Assembly (NCBI GenBank): GCA_040387855.1
Contig: JAZKCY010000001.1
Location: 910,922 to 974,921, forward strand
Length of the DNA: 64,000 nucleotides
Direction of reading: 5' to 3'
Source: Patescibacteria group bacterium
GTDB lineage: Bacteria > Patescibacteriota > Minisyncoccia > Phycocordibacterales > JAKAEA01
Numbering within the stretch: position 1 is the first letter of the stretch; each line of letters opens with the position of its first letter. The notes beneath the pieces are model-generated. The model saw only the letters and a program-made list of their open reading frames with translations. It did not search any database and had not been told where the DNA came from. This document shows positions 44,100-54,490 of the stretch, piece after piece. A program made the translations under genes and the position numbers.

Positions 44100-45335
44100 C
44101 TACTCGTAGCGTAGAGCTTCCATAGGACTCTTTTGCGCAGCACGTTTTGCAGGATAGATTCCGAATATTAGTCCTATAAATGCGGATACACTAATACCTA
44201 GAATTGCTGCTGAAATTGGAAATGCAAATTCCCATCCAGAGGCAACTGTAGAACTCAATACTACAGCAGCAAGATATGAAATACTTGCTCCAAGAATAAT
44301 TCCAATAACTCCACCAAGCCCTGTAAGCATTACTGATTCATACAAAAACTGTGTAAGAATATCTTTTTCTGTTGCTCCTAAAGCTTTTCGCAAACCTATT
44401 TCACGAGTTCGTTCACTCACTGATACAAGCATGATATTCATAATTCCAATTCCACCTACTAAGAGTGAGATGCCTGCAACAGATCCTAGCAATGCTGTGA
44501 GTACAGTAGTAATAGTGCCAACAATAGCAGCAGCATCTTCAGGGGTACTTACATTAAAATCATCATTTTCTGGATCAGTAATATCATGAGATTCACGCAA
44601 TGTAGCCTCTACATCAGCCACTACTCGTGGAACCATTTGTTCGGTTTGAGCTCGCAATAACATTGAATTGAAATGCGAGGTTCCAGTGAGATATTGCTGG
44701 ACTGTTGTATAGGGAGCAACCATCATTTCATCTACACTAAAAATAGATGTCTCATCATTTGGAAATATACCAACTATTCTAAAATTTTGATCTTTCACTC
44801 TGATCGTCTTCCCCATCGCATCAGATTGACCAAATAGATTTTCTTTTACTTTAGATCCTAAAATTACGATCCGCGCTTTCTGCTTTACGTCATCTTCCGT
44901 AAAAAACTGTCCCACTTCTGGATATACGCCAATAATATCTGCAAAAGATTCAGAAACTCCAACTACGGTGGATCGCTCTGTATCATTCTCAAATATGGCT
45001 GATGCAGGTTGCATAACCATTGGAGTAATGTCTCTCAATCCCTGAACATTTGCAGGATTTTTTAAAGCATCTATATCTTTTTGCTTAAGTGAATCTGTAT
45101 ACAGCTGAGCAAAATCAGAAGGACCTGATGGCTGCTTCCCTGGATCAATATTAATTGTTGTTGCCCCGAGTCCTTCTATCTGTCCAAGAATTAAGTTCTC
45201 AGCTCCCTGTCCAATAGACATCACAATAATAATAGAAGTAATACCAATAACGATTCCTAAAATAGTAAGAAGTGATCGTGATTTATTTGTTTTAAGTCCT
45301 GTAAAAGCCGTTTTAATACGATGTTTTAAGAGCAT
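44100..45335 (-). CDS. ABC transporter permease, MacB/FtsX-like.
   Basis: It has an N-terminal transmembrane helix, a large periplasmic domain and a C-terminal FtsX 3-TM bundle. Confidence 0.85.
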   Translation of the reverse strand: MLLKHRIKTAFTGLKTNKSRSLLTILGIVIGITSIIIVMSIGQGAENLILGQIEGLGATTINIDPGKQPSGPSDFAQLYTDSLKQKDIDALKNPANVQGLRDITPMVMQPASAIFENDTERSTVVGVSESFADIIGVYPEVGQFFTEDDVKQKARIVILGSKVKENLFGQSDAMGKTIRVKDQNFRIVGIFPNDETSIFSVDEMMVAPYTTVQQYLTGTSHFNSMLLRAQTEQMVPRVVADVEATLRESHDITDPENDDFNVSTPEDAAAIVGTITTVLTALLGSVAGISLLVGGIGIMNIMLVSVSERTREIGLRKALGATEKDILTQFLYESVMLTGLGGVIGIILGASISYLAAVVLSSTVASGWEFAFPISAAILGISVSAFIGLIFGIYPAKRAAQKSPMEALRYE

Positions 45336-45336
45336 A

Positions 45337-46053
45337 TTATTTCGTGTAATTATCTATAGCACGGCGTTGAGTTGATACTTTAGTATCACTTTCAATGTTA
45401 CCGTCGCGAATTCTAATGATTCGCTTTGCATGTTCTGCAGTTGAGGTTTCGTGTGTGATGAGGAGGATAGTGTGACCTTTATCATTCAGTTTCTGAATGA
45501 TTTCCATAACAGCTTTACCAGATTTTGAATCTAGGTTTCCTGTTGGCTCATCAGCAAAAATAATACTTGGCTCACATACAAGAGCTCTCGCAATCGCTAC
45601 ACGTTGTTTTTCTCCTCCCGATAACTGTGCAGGTTCATGATCAATTCTATGAGTAAGGCCCACTGCTTCAATCGCATCTTTCGCTCGGCGTTCCCACTCT
45701 GATTCTTTAATATTTGAATACAAAAGAGGTAGCTTCACATTTTCAAGTACCGTAGTTCGTGGTAACAAATTGAAAGCCTGAAAAATAAATCCCAGTTTTT
45801 CATTTCGAATTTTTGCAACTTCTGCTTTTGAATATCCTGATACTTCTCTACCCTCAAAGATATATTCACCTTTTGTATGGGTATCAAGAAAACCCAATAT
45901 CTGCAAAAGTGTTGATTTTCCAGATCCTGAAGGCCCCATTACAGCTACAAATTCTCCAGGTTCAATAACAAAATCAATTCCATGAAGTACTGGTGTTGGG
46001 ACCCCGTCAGTGTAATATGTCTTTTCTAATTTTTTTAAGTTAACAAGTGACAT
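45337..46053 (-). CDS. ABC transporter ATP-binding protein (MacB/LolD-type).
   Basis: Walker A (GPSGSGKST), the ABC signature ([15 protein letters not shown]) and Walker B (IIFADEPT) are all present. Confidence 0.9.
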   Translation of the reverse strand: MSLVNLKKLEKTYYTDGVPTPVLHGIDFVIEPGEFVAVMGPSGSGKSTLLQILGFLDTHTKGEYIFEGREVSGYSKAEVAKIRNEKLGFIFQAFNLLPRTTVLENVKLPLLYSNIKESEWERRAKDAIEAVGLTHRIDHEPAQLSGGEKQRVAIARALVCEPSIIFADEPTGNLDSKSGKAVMEIIQKLNDKGHTILLITHETSTAEHAKRIIRIRDGNIESDTKVSTQRRAIDNYTK

Positions 46054-46076
46054 AAAGATTGGTATGTGAAATTCAA

Positions 46077-47585
46077 CTACTTTGCTTCAGTAAACACAAC
46101 AACTTTATCTCCTTCTACAATTCCACTTGTAATTTCAATGTTTCCATCAGAACCTCGAAGTCCAGTCTGAACAGGTTTATCTACAATTGTTTCACCCACT
46201 AATACCTGCACAAACTTTTGATCATTCTTTGTAATGACAGATCGCTGGGGTACTGCAATAACATTTTCTTTCTGTTCACCCTTTACCTCAATACTTGCAG
46301 TCATTCCAGATTTGATTCGTTCATCTTTTTCAACAAACTGGAATGTGGTTCTATATGTTGCTACACCTTCGACTAGAGTTTCTGCAGGATCTATAGCAAC
46401 TACTTTTGCTTTAAACACGACGTCATTGCCATATGCATCTAGGGTCACATCGGTGTCAGCACCCACGGCAATCTTTGCCATATCAGCTTCAGGAATATTT
46501 GCTTCAATTTCAAACTGATTTGCCGAAATAATTGAGATCACAGGGCCACTTGGAGAAATAGTTTCCCCTACTTCTGCATCTACTTTTGTAACAATGCCAT
46601 TTACTGGTGATTTAATTGTTCGATTACTTATTTGAACTAGCGTATCTTGAATATCAAGTTGAGCCTGTTGAATATCAATACGATTACTTTGTGTATCACT
46701 TGATTCATCAGTTAATCCCTTTCGTGAGTTTTTAATAGTATTTTGAACAGTCACAATTTCAGAAAGGTGTGAGTTTACTTTAGTTGTGTATCCTTCAAGA
46801 GTATCCTCATCTCGAGCAATTTCACTTGGTTGCGGTGCGGCTGTGCGATCAGAAATATACTTCACAAGGTTTCGCATGTCTTTTATAACATCTGAAAGAT
46901 TCTTAGTGAGCGCGTAGGTTTCATTGAGCATACTTTCGAGTTCTTCTGTAGATGCAGTTCTACTAAAAGATTGGTATCGTTTGATGATCACATCATAGGC
47001 ATCTTCCACACGATCAAATTCATATCCAGTATCTAATTTTAATTTCTGTGCTGTATCACCAGTGTTTCGAACGTTATTATCAGATAAATATGGTGAGTAT
47101 GAATTGTCATACAACATATCATGTACTTCGGAAATTATAGTTGGTACATCTACGAATGCATCTTCAATAGCACTAAATCCATCATCATATGCCTTCTTCA
47201 AATCCCCCTCTGCTGTCTGGCTTGATCCTTTATTAAGAGTAATTTGAGCCTTTGCTAGAGCCGCTTGCTGGCGTCCTAGTCGAATTTGTAGATCTGCACT
47301 ATCAACACGTAGCAATGTTTGTCCTGCTGTTACTTCTTGTCCAACTTTTGCAGTAATAGAAGTAACTTTACCTCCAGACTGAACAGCAAGATCTACATCT
47401 TGAGCAGGAATTACTCTGCCAGTTACACTTACTTCTTGAGCCACTGTTCCCCGAGCAGCAGTAATTGTGTCACTTTTTACAACAGCTTTTCCTCGAGTAG
47501 CTGCAAATCCAATGATAATAAGTACAACAATGAATACTGGTACCGATACTTTATAGTTTTTTATGAATCTTTTAATCTTTTGCAT
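46077..47585 (-). CDS. Efflux periplasmic adaptor (HlyD/MacA-like membrane fusion protein).
   Basis: An N-terminal transmembrane helix, biotin-lipoyl-like and coiled-coil segments, and a beta-barrel C-terminus are present. It is operonic with the ABC pair. Confidence 0.8.
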   Translation of the reverse strand: MQKIKRFIKNYKVSVPVFIVVLIIIGFAATRGKAVVKSDTITAARGTVAQEVSVTGRVIPAQDVDLAVQSGGKVTSITAKVGQEVTAGQTLLRVDSADLQIRLGRQQAALAKAQITLNKGSSQTAEGDLKKAYDDGFSAIEDAFVDVPTIISEVHDMLYDNSYSPYLSDNNVRNTGDTAQKLKLDTGYEFDRVEDAYDVIIKRYQSFSRTASTEELESMLNETYALTKNLSDVIKDMRNLVKYISDRTAAPQPSEIARDEDTLEGYTTKVNSHLSEIVTVQNTIKNSRKGLTDESSDTQSNRIDIQQAQLDIQDTLVQISNRTIKSPVNGIVTKVDAEVGETISPSGPVISIISANQFEIEANIPEADMAKIAVGADTDVTLDAYGNDVVFKAKVVAIDPAETLVEGVATYRTTFQFVEKDERIKSGMTASIEVKGEQKENVIAVPQRSVITKNDQKFVQVLVGETIVDKPVQTGLRGSDGNIEITSGIVEGDKVVVFTEAK

Positions 47586-47589
47586 AGTA

Positions 47590-48027
47590 TTATTTTTTAT
47601 TAATTATATTTTTTATTATTTTTTTATGTAAATGTATATACTGCTCAAACTCTGTATCATCTAATGCTTCAAACAACTTCCTAAAACCCTGTACATGCTG
47701 ATCTTTAAACTTCTGAATGAATTTTTTGGTATTGCGAGTTAAGGTTATTGCTGTTGCTCGCTTATCATCAGGATGTGCCTCTCTTGCTACATGCTTTTTC
47801 TTTTCTAATTCATTTACAAGCTGGGTTGCTGCACTACTCGTAATGTTTAGAGCTGTATGTATATCCTTAATAGTAACATAATCGTGCTCATCTATAACAT
47901 CGAGCACCCTCCATTGGGAAAACGTTACCTGATCAATACTTGCCATCGGTTTATGCTTTGCCAGCATTTTTTGCTGCATAAGATGAAAACCTTCCATGAG
48001 GTCGGCTATATGTGGAGTTCTATTCAT
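47590..48027 (-). CDS. MarR-family transcriptional regulator.
   Basis: The winged helix-turn-helix is FSQWRVLDVIDEHDYVTIKDIHTALNITSSAATQLVNELE...DDKRA. Confidence 0.8.
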   Translation of the reverse strand: MNRTPHIADLMEGFHLMQQKMLAKHKPMASIDQVTFSQWRVLDVIDEHDYVTIKDIHTALNITSSAATQLVNELEKKKHVAREAHPDDKRATAITLTRNTKKFIQKFKDQHVQGFRKLFEALDDTEFEQYIHLHKKIIKNIINKK

Positions 48028-48098
48028 TATGTAAGCATCTTACATAATTATATACAATAGTCAATATGCTCAAGTATAAGTTGATGTATACTACCTTC

Positions 48099-48710
48099 AT
48101 GATAAAAAATATTGCCGTCTATTGTTCTTCAAGCGATGTACTTTCATCTCAGTATTTTACAGCTGCAAAAGAGACAGGCACAGCAATTGGCGCCAATATG
48201 TATTCTCTAGTATACGGAGGTGGTAATACTGGCCTTATGGGGAGTGTTGCTGAATATACACAAAAAGCTAATGGCACTGTTGTTGCTGTTATACCAAAAG
48301 CAATGGAAGTGCTTGGTCTCGCATACTCTACGGCAGAAGAGCTTATTGTTACCTCAGATATGTATGAGCGCAAAAAGATAATGTCGGACCGTGCAGATGC
48401 ATTTATCACACTTGCAGGAGGATTTGGAACACTCGAAGAAGTATTAGAAGTGATCACACAAAAACAATTACACCTTCATAGTAAGCCTATAGTATTTGTT
48501 AATACTAATAAATTTTATGACAAGCTCATAGAAATGTTTGAAGTACTATTTAAAGAAAAAACGGCAAAAGAATTATATAGAGATCTTTATTATGTTACTG
48601 CTACCGTCGAAGACGCATTTGAATATATAAAAAAATATACTCCTCCAGAGTTACCGACAAAATGGTTTAAAGATACTGGAGAAAATATTGCTGAGGCTTC
48701 CCCTATTTAA
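48099..48710 (+). CDS. LOG-family protein (cytokinin riboside 5'-monophosphate phosphoribohydrolase-like; TIGR00730).
   Basis: YGGGNTGLMG and LAGGFGTLEE are the LOG motifs. The alternative upstream start at 48066 is less likely. Confidence 0.8.
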   Translation: MIKNIAVYCSSSDVLSSQYFTAAKETGTAIGANMYSLVYGGGNTGLMGSVAEYTQKANGTVVAVIPKAMEVLGLAYSTAEELIVTSDMYERKKIMSDRADAFITLAGGFGTLEEVLEVITQKQLHLHSKPIVFVNTNKFYDKLIEMFEVLFKEKTAKELYRDLYYVTATVEDAFEYIKKYTPPELPTKWFKDTGENIAEASPI

Positions 48711-49123
48711 TCAGAATACATAACTCCTCCCAAATAATTTTTTATTGATTTTCTACTCGGTATAAATATATTTTCTGGTAAATCATTTCGATCGTACCAT
48801 TTCCAATTTTTAGATTTTTCTGGTTCTGCATCATACGGCTCGCCGGTCTTTGATTCCACAAGCATAGTAATAGAAACATAATGCTTATCATAGGCAATAT
48901 CATTACTAATCGAAACTATGCCTTTCATAATGAGATCTATAAGCCCTGTCTCCTCTTTTGCTTCACGTAATGCAGCTTGTTCAAATGATTCCCCAAATTC
49001 CAAATGACCACCTGCAATCATAAAGGTACCAGAGCCATGATTCCCCACTCGTTCACCAATAAGAATCTTTCCATCACGGACAATGATTACTCCTATTCCC
49101 ACTTTTGGTCTTTCTTCTTGCAT
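48707..49123 (-). CDS. NUDIX hydrolase.
   Basis: The Nudix box is GGHLEFGESFEQAALREAKEETGL. Confidence 0.8.
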   Translation of the reverse strand: MQEERPKVGIGVIIVRDGKILIGERVGNHGSGTFMIAGGHLEFGESFEQAALREAKEETGLIDLIMKGIVSISNDIAYDKHYVSITMLVESKTGEPYDAEPEKSKNWKWYDRNDLPENIFIPSRKSIKNYLGGVMYSD

Positions 49124-49127
49124 ATTT

Positions 49128-49376
49128 TTACGCAGCTGTCTGATTTTCTCCAGGATTTTGTAGCGCTTTAATTCTATTTTTAACCATTCTTTCCATTGTT
49201 GTATCAGGCATTACATACAAAAGCACAGTATTCAATTGATCTACTGTTGTAGCAGCTCGTTCCATTCTAGATAATAAAGCTCTCTTCTCTTCTGAATTAT
49301 GGGACTTATAAAAAAGGTCGTTTACTATATCAAATTCAGATCCTTCATTTTCTTGTAAAAATATTCTTTCGTTCAT
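49128..49376 (-). CDS. Hypothetical protein.
   Basis: 82 aa with no known domain. Confidence 0.35.
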   Translation of the reverse strand: MNERIFLQENEGSEFDIVNDLFYKSHNSEEKRALLSRMERAATTVDQLNTVLLYVMPDTTMERMVKNRIKALQNPGENQTAA

Positions 49377-49386
49377 ATGGATTACA

Positions 49387-49959
49387 TTAGCTTTGAACTT
49401 CTTTAAGTAATTTTTTAATGATATGTAATGGCATTCCCATCATACTATCAATACTGCCTATTTGTTCTTTTATATATGGTTTTAAAATTGGAAGCTGCAC
49501 ACTAAAGCCTCCCGCTTTACTAAATGGGTCCCCTGTTGCGATAAACTCATCTACAACATGAAGGGGTATCGGACTAAACAAAATCTTAGTTATCTCACGT
49601 TCCTCTACTTTTTTTCCTGTATGAGTATTTACTACAACTATTCCGCATGAAATTTCTGCGGGGTATCCTTCTCCATATTTTTTAAGCCATGCATGTACTT
49701 GCTCAGGTGATTCAGGCTTTTCATATAATTCACCATCGCAGATAACCACTACATCCCCTGTTATAACAAGTGCTGGTTCTGTAACGTTAGGAATAATAGC
49801 TTCCGACTTAGCTCGAGCTAATATTAGGGGTAATTCATAATAATCAGTAGATCGAATTGCCATCTCATCTACATCAGGACTCATAACATCAAATGTATAT
49901 CCCGCACTCTCAAGTACAGCTTTCCGGTATTTTGATGATGATCCTAAAATGATTTTCAT
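49387..49959 (-). CDS. maf: Maf-like nucleoside triphosphate pyrophosphatase.
   Basis: MKIILGSSSKYRKAVLE...GDVVVICDGELYEKPES matches the Maf/YhdE family. Confidence 0.8.
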   Translation of the reverse strand: MKIILGSSSKYRKAVLESAGYTFDVMSPDVDEMAIRSTDYYELPLILARAKSEAIIPNVTEPALVITGDVVVICDGELYEKPESPEQVHAWLKKYGEGYPAEISCGIVVVNTHTGKKVEEREITKILFSPIPLHVVDEFIATGDPFSKAGGFSVQLPILKPYIKEQIGSIDSMMGMPLHIIKKLLKEVQS

Positions 49960-50390
49960 AGAGTTATTTCGTGAGTAACATCTGGCTGGACACTCATATC
50001 AAGAATTCTAATCCATGTAGGCTTTACAAGAAAATACCGTTGATCTTCTCGTTTCATGAATTTCTCTGACCGAGGATTCTTTGCAATCATTATCTGTGCA
50101 TAAGCATCTTTCTGTTCTAGTGGGACTTCCTGAGCTATTCCTTCATATTGCACAGTACCAATAGTGGGATCCCAACCAATAACAAATGAAACATGAGGAT
50201 TCTTTTGAAGATTTTGATATTTTCTACTGAGATTTGAAGTACCAAAAATTAACTCTAAATTTTCTCGCTCAGCAAAAGCAATACAAGCACTTTCTGGTTT
50301 GTTATTAGCTTGATCTACCGTAGCAATAACAGTTAGCTTTTGCTTAGAAATGAAATCGGAGATTTTACTTTTTATTTCTACATCATTCAT
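49956..50390 (-). CDS. Pyridoxamine 5'-phosphate oxidase-like FMN-binding split-barrel protein.
   Basis: The pattern TVIATVDQANNKPESACIAF...FVIGWD fits the PNPOx-like family. Confidence 0.5.
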   Translation of the reverse strand: MNDVEIKSKISDFISKQKLTVIATVDQANNKPESACIAFAERENLELIFGTSNLSRKYQNLQKNPHVSFVIGWDPTIGTVQYEGIAQEVPLEQKDAYAQIMIAKNPRSEKFMKREDQRYFLVKPTWIRILDMSVQPDVTHEITL

Positions 50391-50493
50391 ATTGCTATAA
50401 CACTAGCACATTAGATTTTCAAGGCAAATTGCCAACCAAACAAAAACCCCAAACCATAGCGGCTGGGGTTTTGTCATTCAAATTACTTTGAAT

Positions 50494-51666
50494 TTAGATA
50501 GTTGCAGGTGTTGTTGTTGCTGATCCATTAGCAACTGAACTTACACACTGTCCCTGATTCTTGAATGTAGGATTTGTGAATGTCTTCCATCCATCATTCT
50601 TACACTGATCCTTATTTGTAGGACCTGTTGGTGCTGGTGGCGTTACTGTATTGTTTACGGTAAAGCTCCATGCATCAGACCACGCACTTGAGTTTGGAAC
50701 TGTTGCACTATCTACTGCACGTACATGCCAGTAGTATGTTCCCTCTGGTGTTCCTGGTGTCGCAATTTCAGAAGCTGCGAGTGGACCTGATACATATACC
50801 GGTGCGGTAAATGATCCATCAGGATTTGTGGTACTTGCATATGATGATTCATAGAAGTATGTAACTGGTGATGATGAAGCATCGGTTACATCTGTCCAAT
50901 CTACTTTAAGCAATGATGCTGTTGTAGTTGTTGCACCGTTGAGTGGTGAAACATGCATTGGAACTGCTGGTGCAGTTGTGTCTACATCTTCAATCACTAC
51001 ATTAACTTCAAAGTTGTAGGTAGTATCGTTGAATACAACTCCGTCTGTATACACATTGTATCCAGGATTGTATGTACCAACATTTACTCCGAACCCAAGT
51101 ACTACAGCATCAGGACAAGCTGTCTTCAAAGCTTCTAGAGTGTAGAAAGGTGGACCTCCTGCTCCATTTGTTGTTGAACATGTTCCTTCAGTAAATGTTT
51201 TACTTGACCAGAATTGTCCAGCATCAACATCCCACTGCTGCCATGTTCCTGGCACTACGGTTCCGTTCCAATATGGTTCGTAGACCAAGTTTGCAAATCC
51301 ACCTTCAGCTGCACCGTTAAGATCTACTGCAAGTTGATATGAAGGTGCTGCCACTGCTGGGCCTGCAACCTGCTTTGTGTAGTAGCTAAGATCAGTTACT
51401 GATGCGAGAGTTCCAGTTGCCGCGTGAAGATACTGTGCTTTTGCAGCATTTGTATCATCAGTAGTTAACTGAAGTGCTCCATCCGGAAATGGAGATGTTG
51501 GATCAACAACAAAGTTTACTGTCCCTCCTGGACGAGTATCTGCTGTTGCCCAACCTTGTGTGTTAGATGGAGTAACAACAGTTGTCATTGCGGCTTGAGA
51601 CACTGAAGCAAATGCAACAGCAACCAATAACGTCGCTACACCACCTAAGGCTAATTTTTTTACCAT
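50494..51666 (-). CDS. Secreted hypothetical protein rich in T, A, G and V.
   Basis: It has a signal peptide and no named family. The composition suggests beta-rich extracellular domains. Confidence 0.45.
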   Translation of the reverse strand: MVKKLALGGVATLLVAVAFASVSQAAMTTVVTPSNTQGWATADTRPGGTVNFVVDPTSPFPDGALQLTTDDTNAAKAQYLHAATGTLASVTDLSYYTKQVAGPAVAAPSYQLAVDLNGAAEGGFANLVYEPYWNGTVVPGTWQQWDVDAGQFWSSKTFTEGTCSTTNGAGGPPFYTLEALKTACPDAVVLGFGVNVGTYNPGYNVYTDGVVFNDTTYNFEVNVVIEDVDTTAPAVPMHVSPLNGATTTTASLLKVDWTDVTDASSSPVTYFYESSYASTTNPDGSFTAPVYVSGPLAASEIATPGTPEGTYYWHVRAVDSATVPNSSAWSDAWSFTVNNTVTPPAPTGPTNKDQCKNDGWKTFTNPTFKNQGQCVSSVANGSATTTPATI

Positions 51667-51817
51667 TATGTGTAATAAGACTTATGAATAAAACTGCACT
51701 GCCTCAATATGACAATGCATATATAGTATAACGCTTTGCATCAATAATTCTTATATGAAAAAGTATTAAAGGATATATAAAAAGTATAAGCAAACGCTAT
51801 ACTAAGATTTGGAATAT

Positions 51818-51851
51818 AAAAACTCTGTACATGTTGTGTACAGAGTTTTTA
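51818..51851. terminator. Bidirectional intrinsic terminator.
   Basis: AAAAA-CTCTGTACA-tgttg-TGTACAGAG-TTTTT. Confidence 0.5.
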
Positions 51852-51869
51852 AAAACCAAATAGTTCCTA

Positions 51870-52715
51870 TTACTGTGAGCGAGTCATAAATGACTGCTGA
51901 CTTGTAGATGTTGAAACATTTGAACTATTTGTTGCTGAGATAGTGTAGTAGTATGTTGTTGAAGCAGTAAGGTTTGGAATTACAACACTGTGATTCATAC
52001 CATTTAAAGTTGTACTCATGATAGAGCTACTTGATGCTGTTACGGGAGAAGTAGTTGAATACCATACTTTTCCTGTAGTGCTTACATTTGTATTCCATGT
52101 AATTAATGCTGTTGTTGTGGCGGTACTTGTTGCAACAACATTTGAAATTATTGGAGCGACTATTGCAGGAGGAGTTGTTGTTCCAGTAGTAGTACCTGTT
52201 CCCATCCCCAACTTTGCAGCAATTCCTGGTGGAAGCTTTTGGCACGTTGGTGCAACTGGGAGCTGACCTAATTTCTTAAGCTGACCAGGAGCAATCAAAT
52301 GTCCTGGTGGAATTTTTGCACATGCTACAGTCAATCCATTCTGTGTTTGAAGTGTTATATCAAGTGAACCTAAATTATTCTTTAAAGCTGCAAGGGTTGC
52401 AGGACCCACTCGGCCTACAGCAGGCAATCCCATTTTCTTTTGTAACTTTGCTACTGCCTTTGTGGTAAGTGGACCATAGTATCCAGTAATTTGTCCTCCT
52501 GGATAAATGTCAGGCTGAGTTGCGAGATATGCCTGAAGCATTTTCACATCTTCACCAGTCATTCCCTGCTGAAGCTGTCGCAAGTTTTGAAGCTGAGTTA
52601 TATATGCGTTTACAGCTGGGGATGTTGTTGCGGTAGTTGTACTTGTTTGAGCGAATGCAGGAGTTGCAGCCAATGCGCAGGCAACAATGAGCATGCTAAT
52701 ACCAATTTTCTTCAT
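51870..52715 (-). CDS. Secreted protein with a peptidoglycan-binding domain (PG_binding_1) and a C-terminal FN3-like domain.
   Basis: GEDVKMLQAYLATQPDIYPGGQITGYYGPLTTKAVAKLQKKMGLPAVGRVGPATLAAL is a PG_binding_1 sequence. The C-terminal ITWNTNVSTTGKVWYS...TYYYTISATN is FN3-like. Confidence 0.6.
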   Translation of the reverse strand: MKKIGISMLIVACALAATPAFAQTSTTTATTSPAVNAYITQLQNLRQLQQGMTGEDVKMLQAYLATQPDIYPGGQITGYYGPLTTKAVAKLQKKMGLPAVGRVGPATLAALKNNLGSLDITLQTQNGLTVACAKIPPGHLIAPGQLKKLGQLPVAPTCQKLPPGIAAKLGMGTGTTTGTTTPPAIVAPIISNVVATSTATTTALITWNTNVSTTGKVWYSTTSPVTASSSSIMSTTLNGMNHSVVIPNLTASTTYYYTISATNSSNVSTSTSQQSFMTRSQ

Positions 52716-52810
52716 AACAAAAATTATTAACTAATACAGATATATATACGTACAGAAAGTCAGAACATTTCATGTACATACTTAGTATATCATTGTCTAT
52801 TTTTATCCAA

Positions 52811-52829
52811 TAAAAAAACCCCGAAGGGG
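52811..52829 (-). terminator. Intrinsic terminator abutting the stop codon of the 52830 gene.
   Basis: On the minus strand, CCCCTTCGGGG is followed by TTTTTTT. Confidence 0.55.
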
Positions 52830-53132
52830 CTATTCGTACACATACATTTTCTGGCGTGGAATATGGGCACAGGTTCCAGTCACCGTAGGCTTCCCTTCGC
52901 AGCGAGGGCAATACGGCAACGCAACAGAGTACACATTTCCTGGCCCTTTGCATTCGTCGGAACTCCGGTCGTGCAGTGAAATTGCGCAGCTATCAAACGC
53001 AATTTCAGCACCACAGGTAGAACAGACAAATTTGCCATCAACACCAGTAGGTCTGTAACGACTTTCTACGTGAGCTGCGATGATCCTTTCAACTTCTTCA
53101 ACCGAACGTTGACGAGGTGGAGGAGCATTCAT
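52830..53132 (-). CDS. GC-rich Cys-rich (Zn-ribbon-like) hypothetical protein (100 aa).
   Basis: An AAAGGGG ribosome-binding site lies 9 nt before the ATG (MNAPPP...). CSTC...C and CPRCEGK...C motifs are present. GC is about 50%. It has its own terminator. Confidence 0.5.
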   Translation of the reverse strand: MNAPPPRQRSVEEVERIIAAHVESRYRPTGVDGKFVCSTCGAEIAFDSCAISLHDRSSDECKGPGNVYSVALPYCPRCEGKPTVTGTCAHIPRQKMYVYE

Positions 53133-53186
53133 GGATAAAACCCCTTTCCAAATGCAGATTACCGCACCCACAAACAAAGTCAATTA

Positions 53187-53831
53187 TTATAGTGTATGTT
53201 TTTTCAAACTATTCATTAATTCTTTAATAGATTGGTCAGTAATATCTTCTGGCTTAATTTTTGAATCAGCAAAAAGTGCTTTCTCAATATTTCTAAGGGA
53301 CTGCGCAAGTGATTCATGTTCGCCGGTATTTACAGTATGCAATCTTCCCTCATATCTTTTTCTCGCATCAGCCAAACGTTGTTCGATTGAAAGCACACCG
53401 TGAGGTCCCACTCGCATATCTGCATAGCTGCAAATTTTAAATTCTGGATGCTCATCTTTTTCATTTATAGTAAGTTTTGAAAAACCAATTCGGTTCAGAT
53501 ATTCAAAAGCATTATCTGGCACTCCCAATTCTTTAGCAATAATTATAGTTGCCTCATGTTCTTTTGGCCCATACTTTAAAATGTATTCATCTTTGACCCC
53601 TTGCCAGTATTCTATTCCCTCAGGTTCGAGAAATTCTGGAAACCGTGGGAGGTCAGATTTAATAATATTCCCCATGTCATGGAAGAGACATGCGAGAACT
53701 ACGTTATCTGAATCAACATTATATGGAAGACTTTCACATACGATTTTTGCTACAGACGCAACGCGCAATTGGTGCAGTTGAAGCCCGGGCATGATTTTAT
53801 AGTCTTTATAAATTTGTTCGATTGTTTGCAT
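53187..53831 (-). CDS. HD-domain phosphohydrolase.
   Basis: LACLFHDMGNIIK carries the H...HD metal-binding motif. Confidence 0.65.
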   Translation of the reverse strand: MQTIEQIYKDYKIMPGLQLHQLRVASVAKIVCESLPYNVDSDNVVLACLFHDMGNIIKSDLPRFPEFLEPEGIEYWQGVKDEYILKYGPKEHEATIIIAKELGVPDNAFEYLNRIGFSKLTINEKDEHPEFKICSYADMRVGPHGVLSIEQRLADARKRYEGRLHTVNTGEHESLAQSLRNIEKALFADSKIKPEDITDQSIKELMNSLKKHTL

Positions 53832-53836
53832 GATAG

Positions 53837-54487
53837 CTATCGTGATTTTTTAATACTCTCATATGCATCTTCCCATGTTGGGCAGCATACAACATTAATA
53901 TCTGTGCGATTACATGAGTTTAAATTATAAAGATAGATAGTACCTTTATAGTCTGGAGTCATATCACGCTCAAGCTTTTGATTATCATCTATTATTCCTT
54001 GCACCTGAGGATACAAATAATGAAGCACTCCTGCTTTCCACTTGTTTGCATCTCTTATATGGAATTCTGGAGGGCGCAGTATGACAGGAGCTTCTGGGAA
54101 GTTGTGTTTAGTGAGCCAGCGCTTTGTCGATTCTCGAACCGATTCTGGACGAGCTGTAATATATGCAACTATAGGAACAATAGTATTAATCCTCTGAACA
54201 ACTGAGTGTGCATTTTCTATTATCGGTAATGATTCGTTAATTTCATCAGACCCCATTGTTCTGTTCATCCAATCAAGATGTTCTTGTTCCAACCAATATG
54301 GAACATCATTCGGATATCTATATTTCTGTACCATTTCTTCAGCAGTAAGTCCTTCTCTACTTCCAAAGCTTTTATGCATATCTGCAATCCAGATCTTTGA
54401 GGTATGAGAGAGCGTCTCGTCTATATCCAAAGCAAGGCCAGTAATCCCAAGTGCTCCCAGTGATGCTTTTAACTCTTCAGGTTTCAT
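53837..54487 (-). CDS. HAD-superfamily-like hydrolase (putative).
   Basis: LALDIDETLSHT looks like HAD motif I (DxDxT). The later motifs are less clear. Confidence 0.4.
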   Translation of the reverse strand: MKPEELKASLGALGITGLALDIDETLSHTSKIWIADMHKSFGSREGLTAEEMVQKYRYPNDVPYWLEQEHLDWMNRTMGSDEINESLPIIENAHSVVQRINTIVPIVAYITARPESVRESTKRWLTKHNFPEAPVILRPPEFHIRDANKWKAGVLHYLYPQVQGIIDDNQKLERDMTPDYKGTIYLYNLNSCNRTDINVVCCPTWEDAYESIKKSR

Positions 54488-54490
54488 ATT

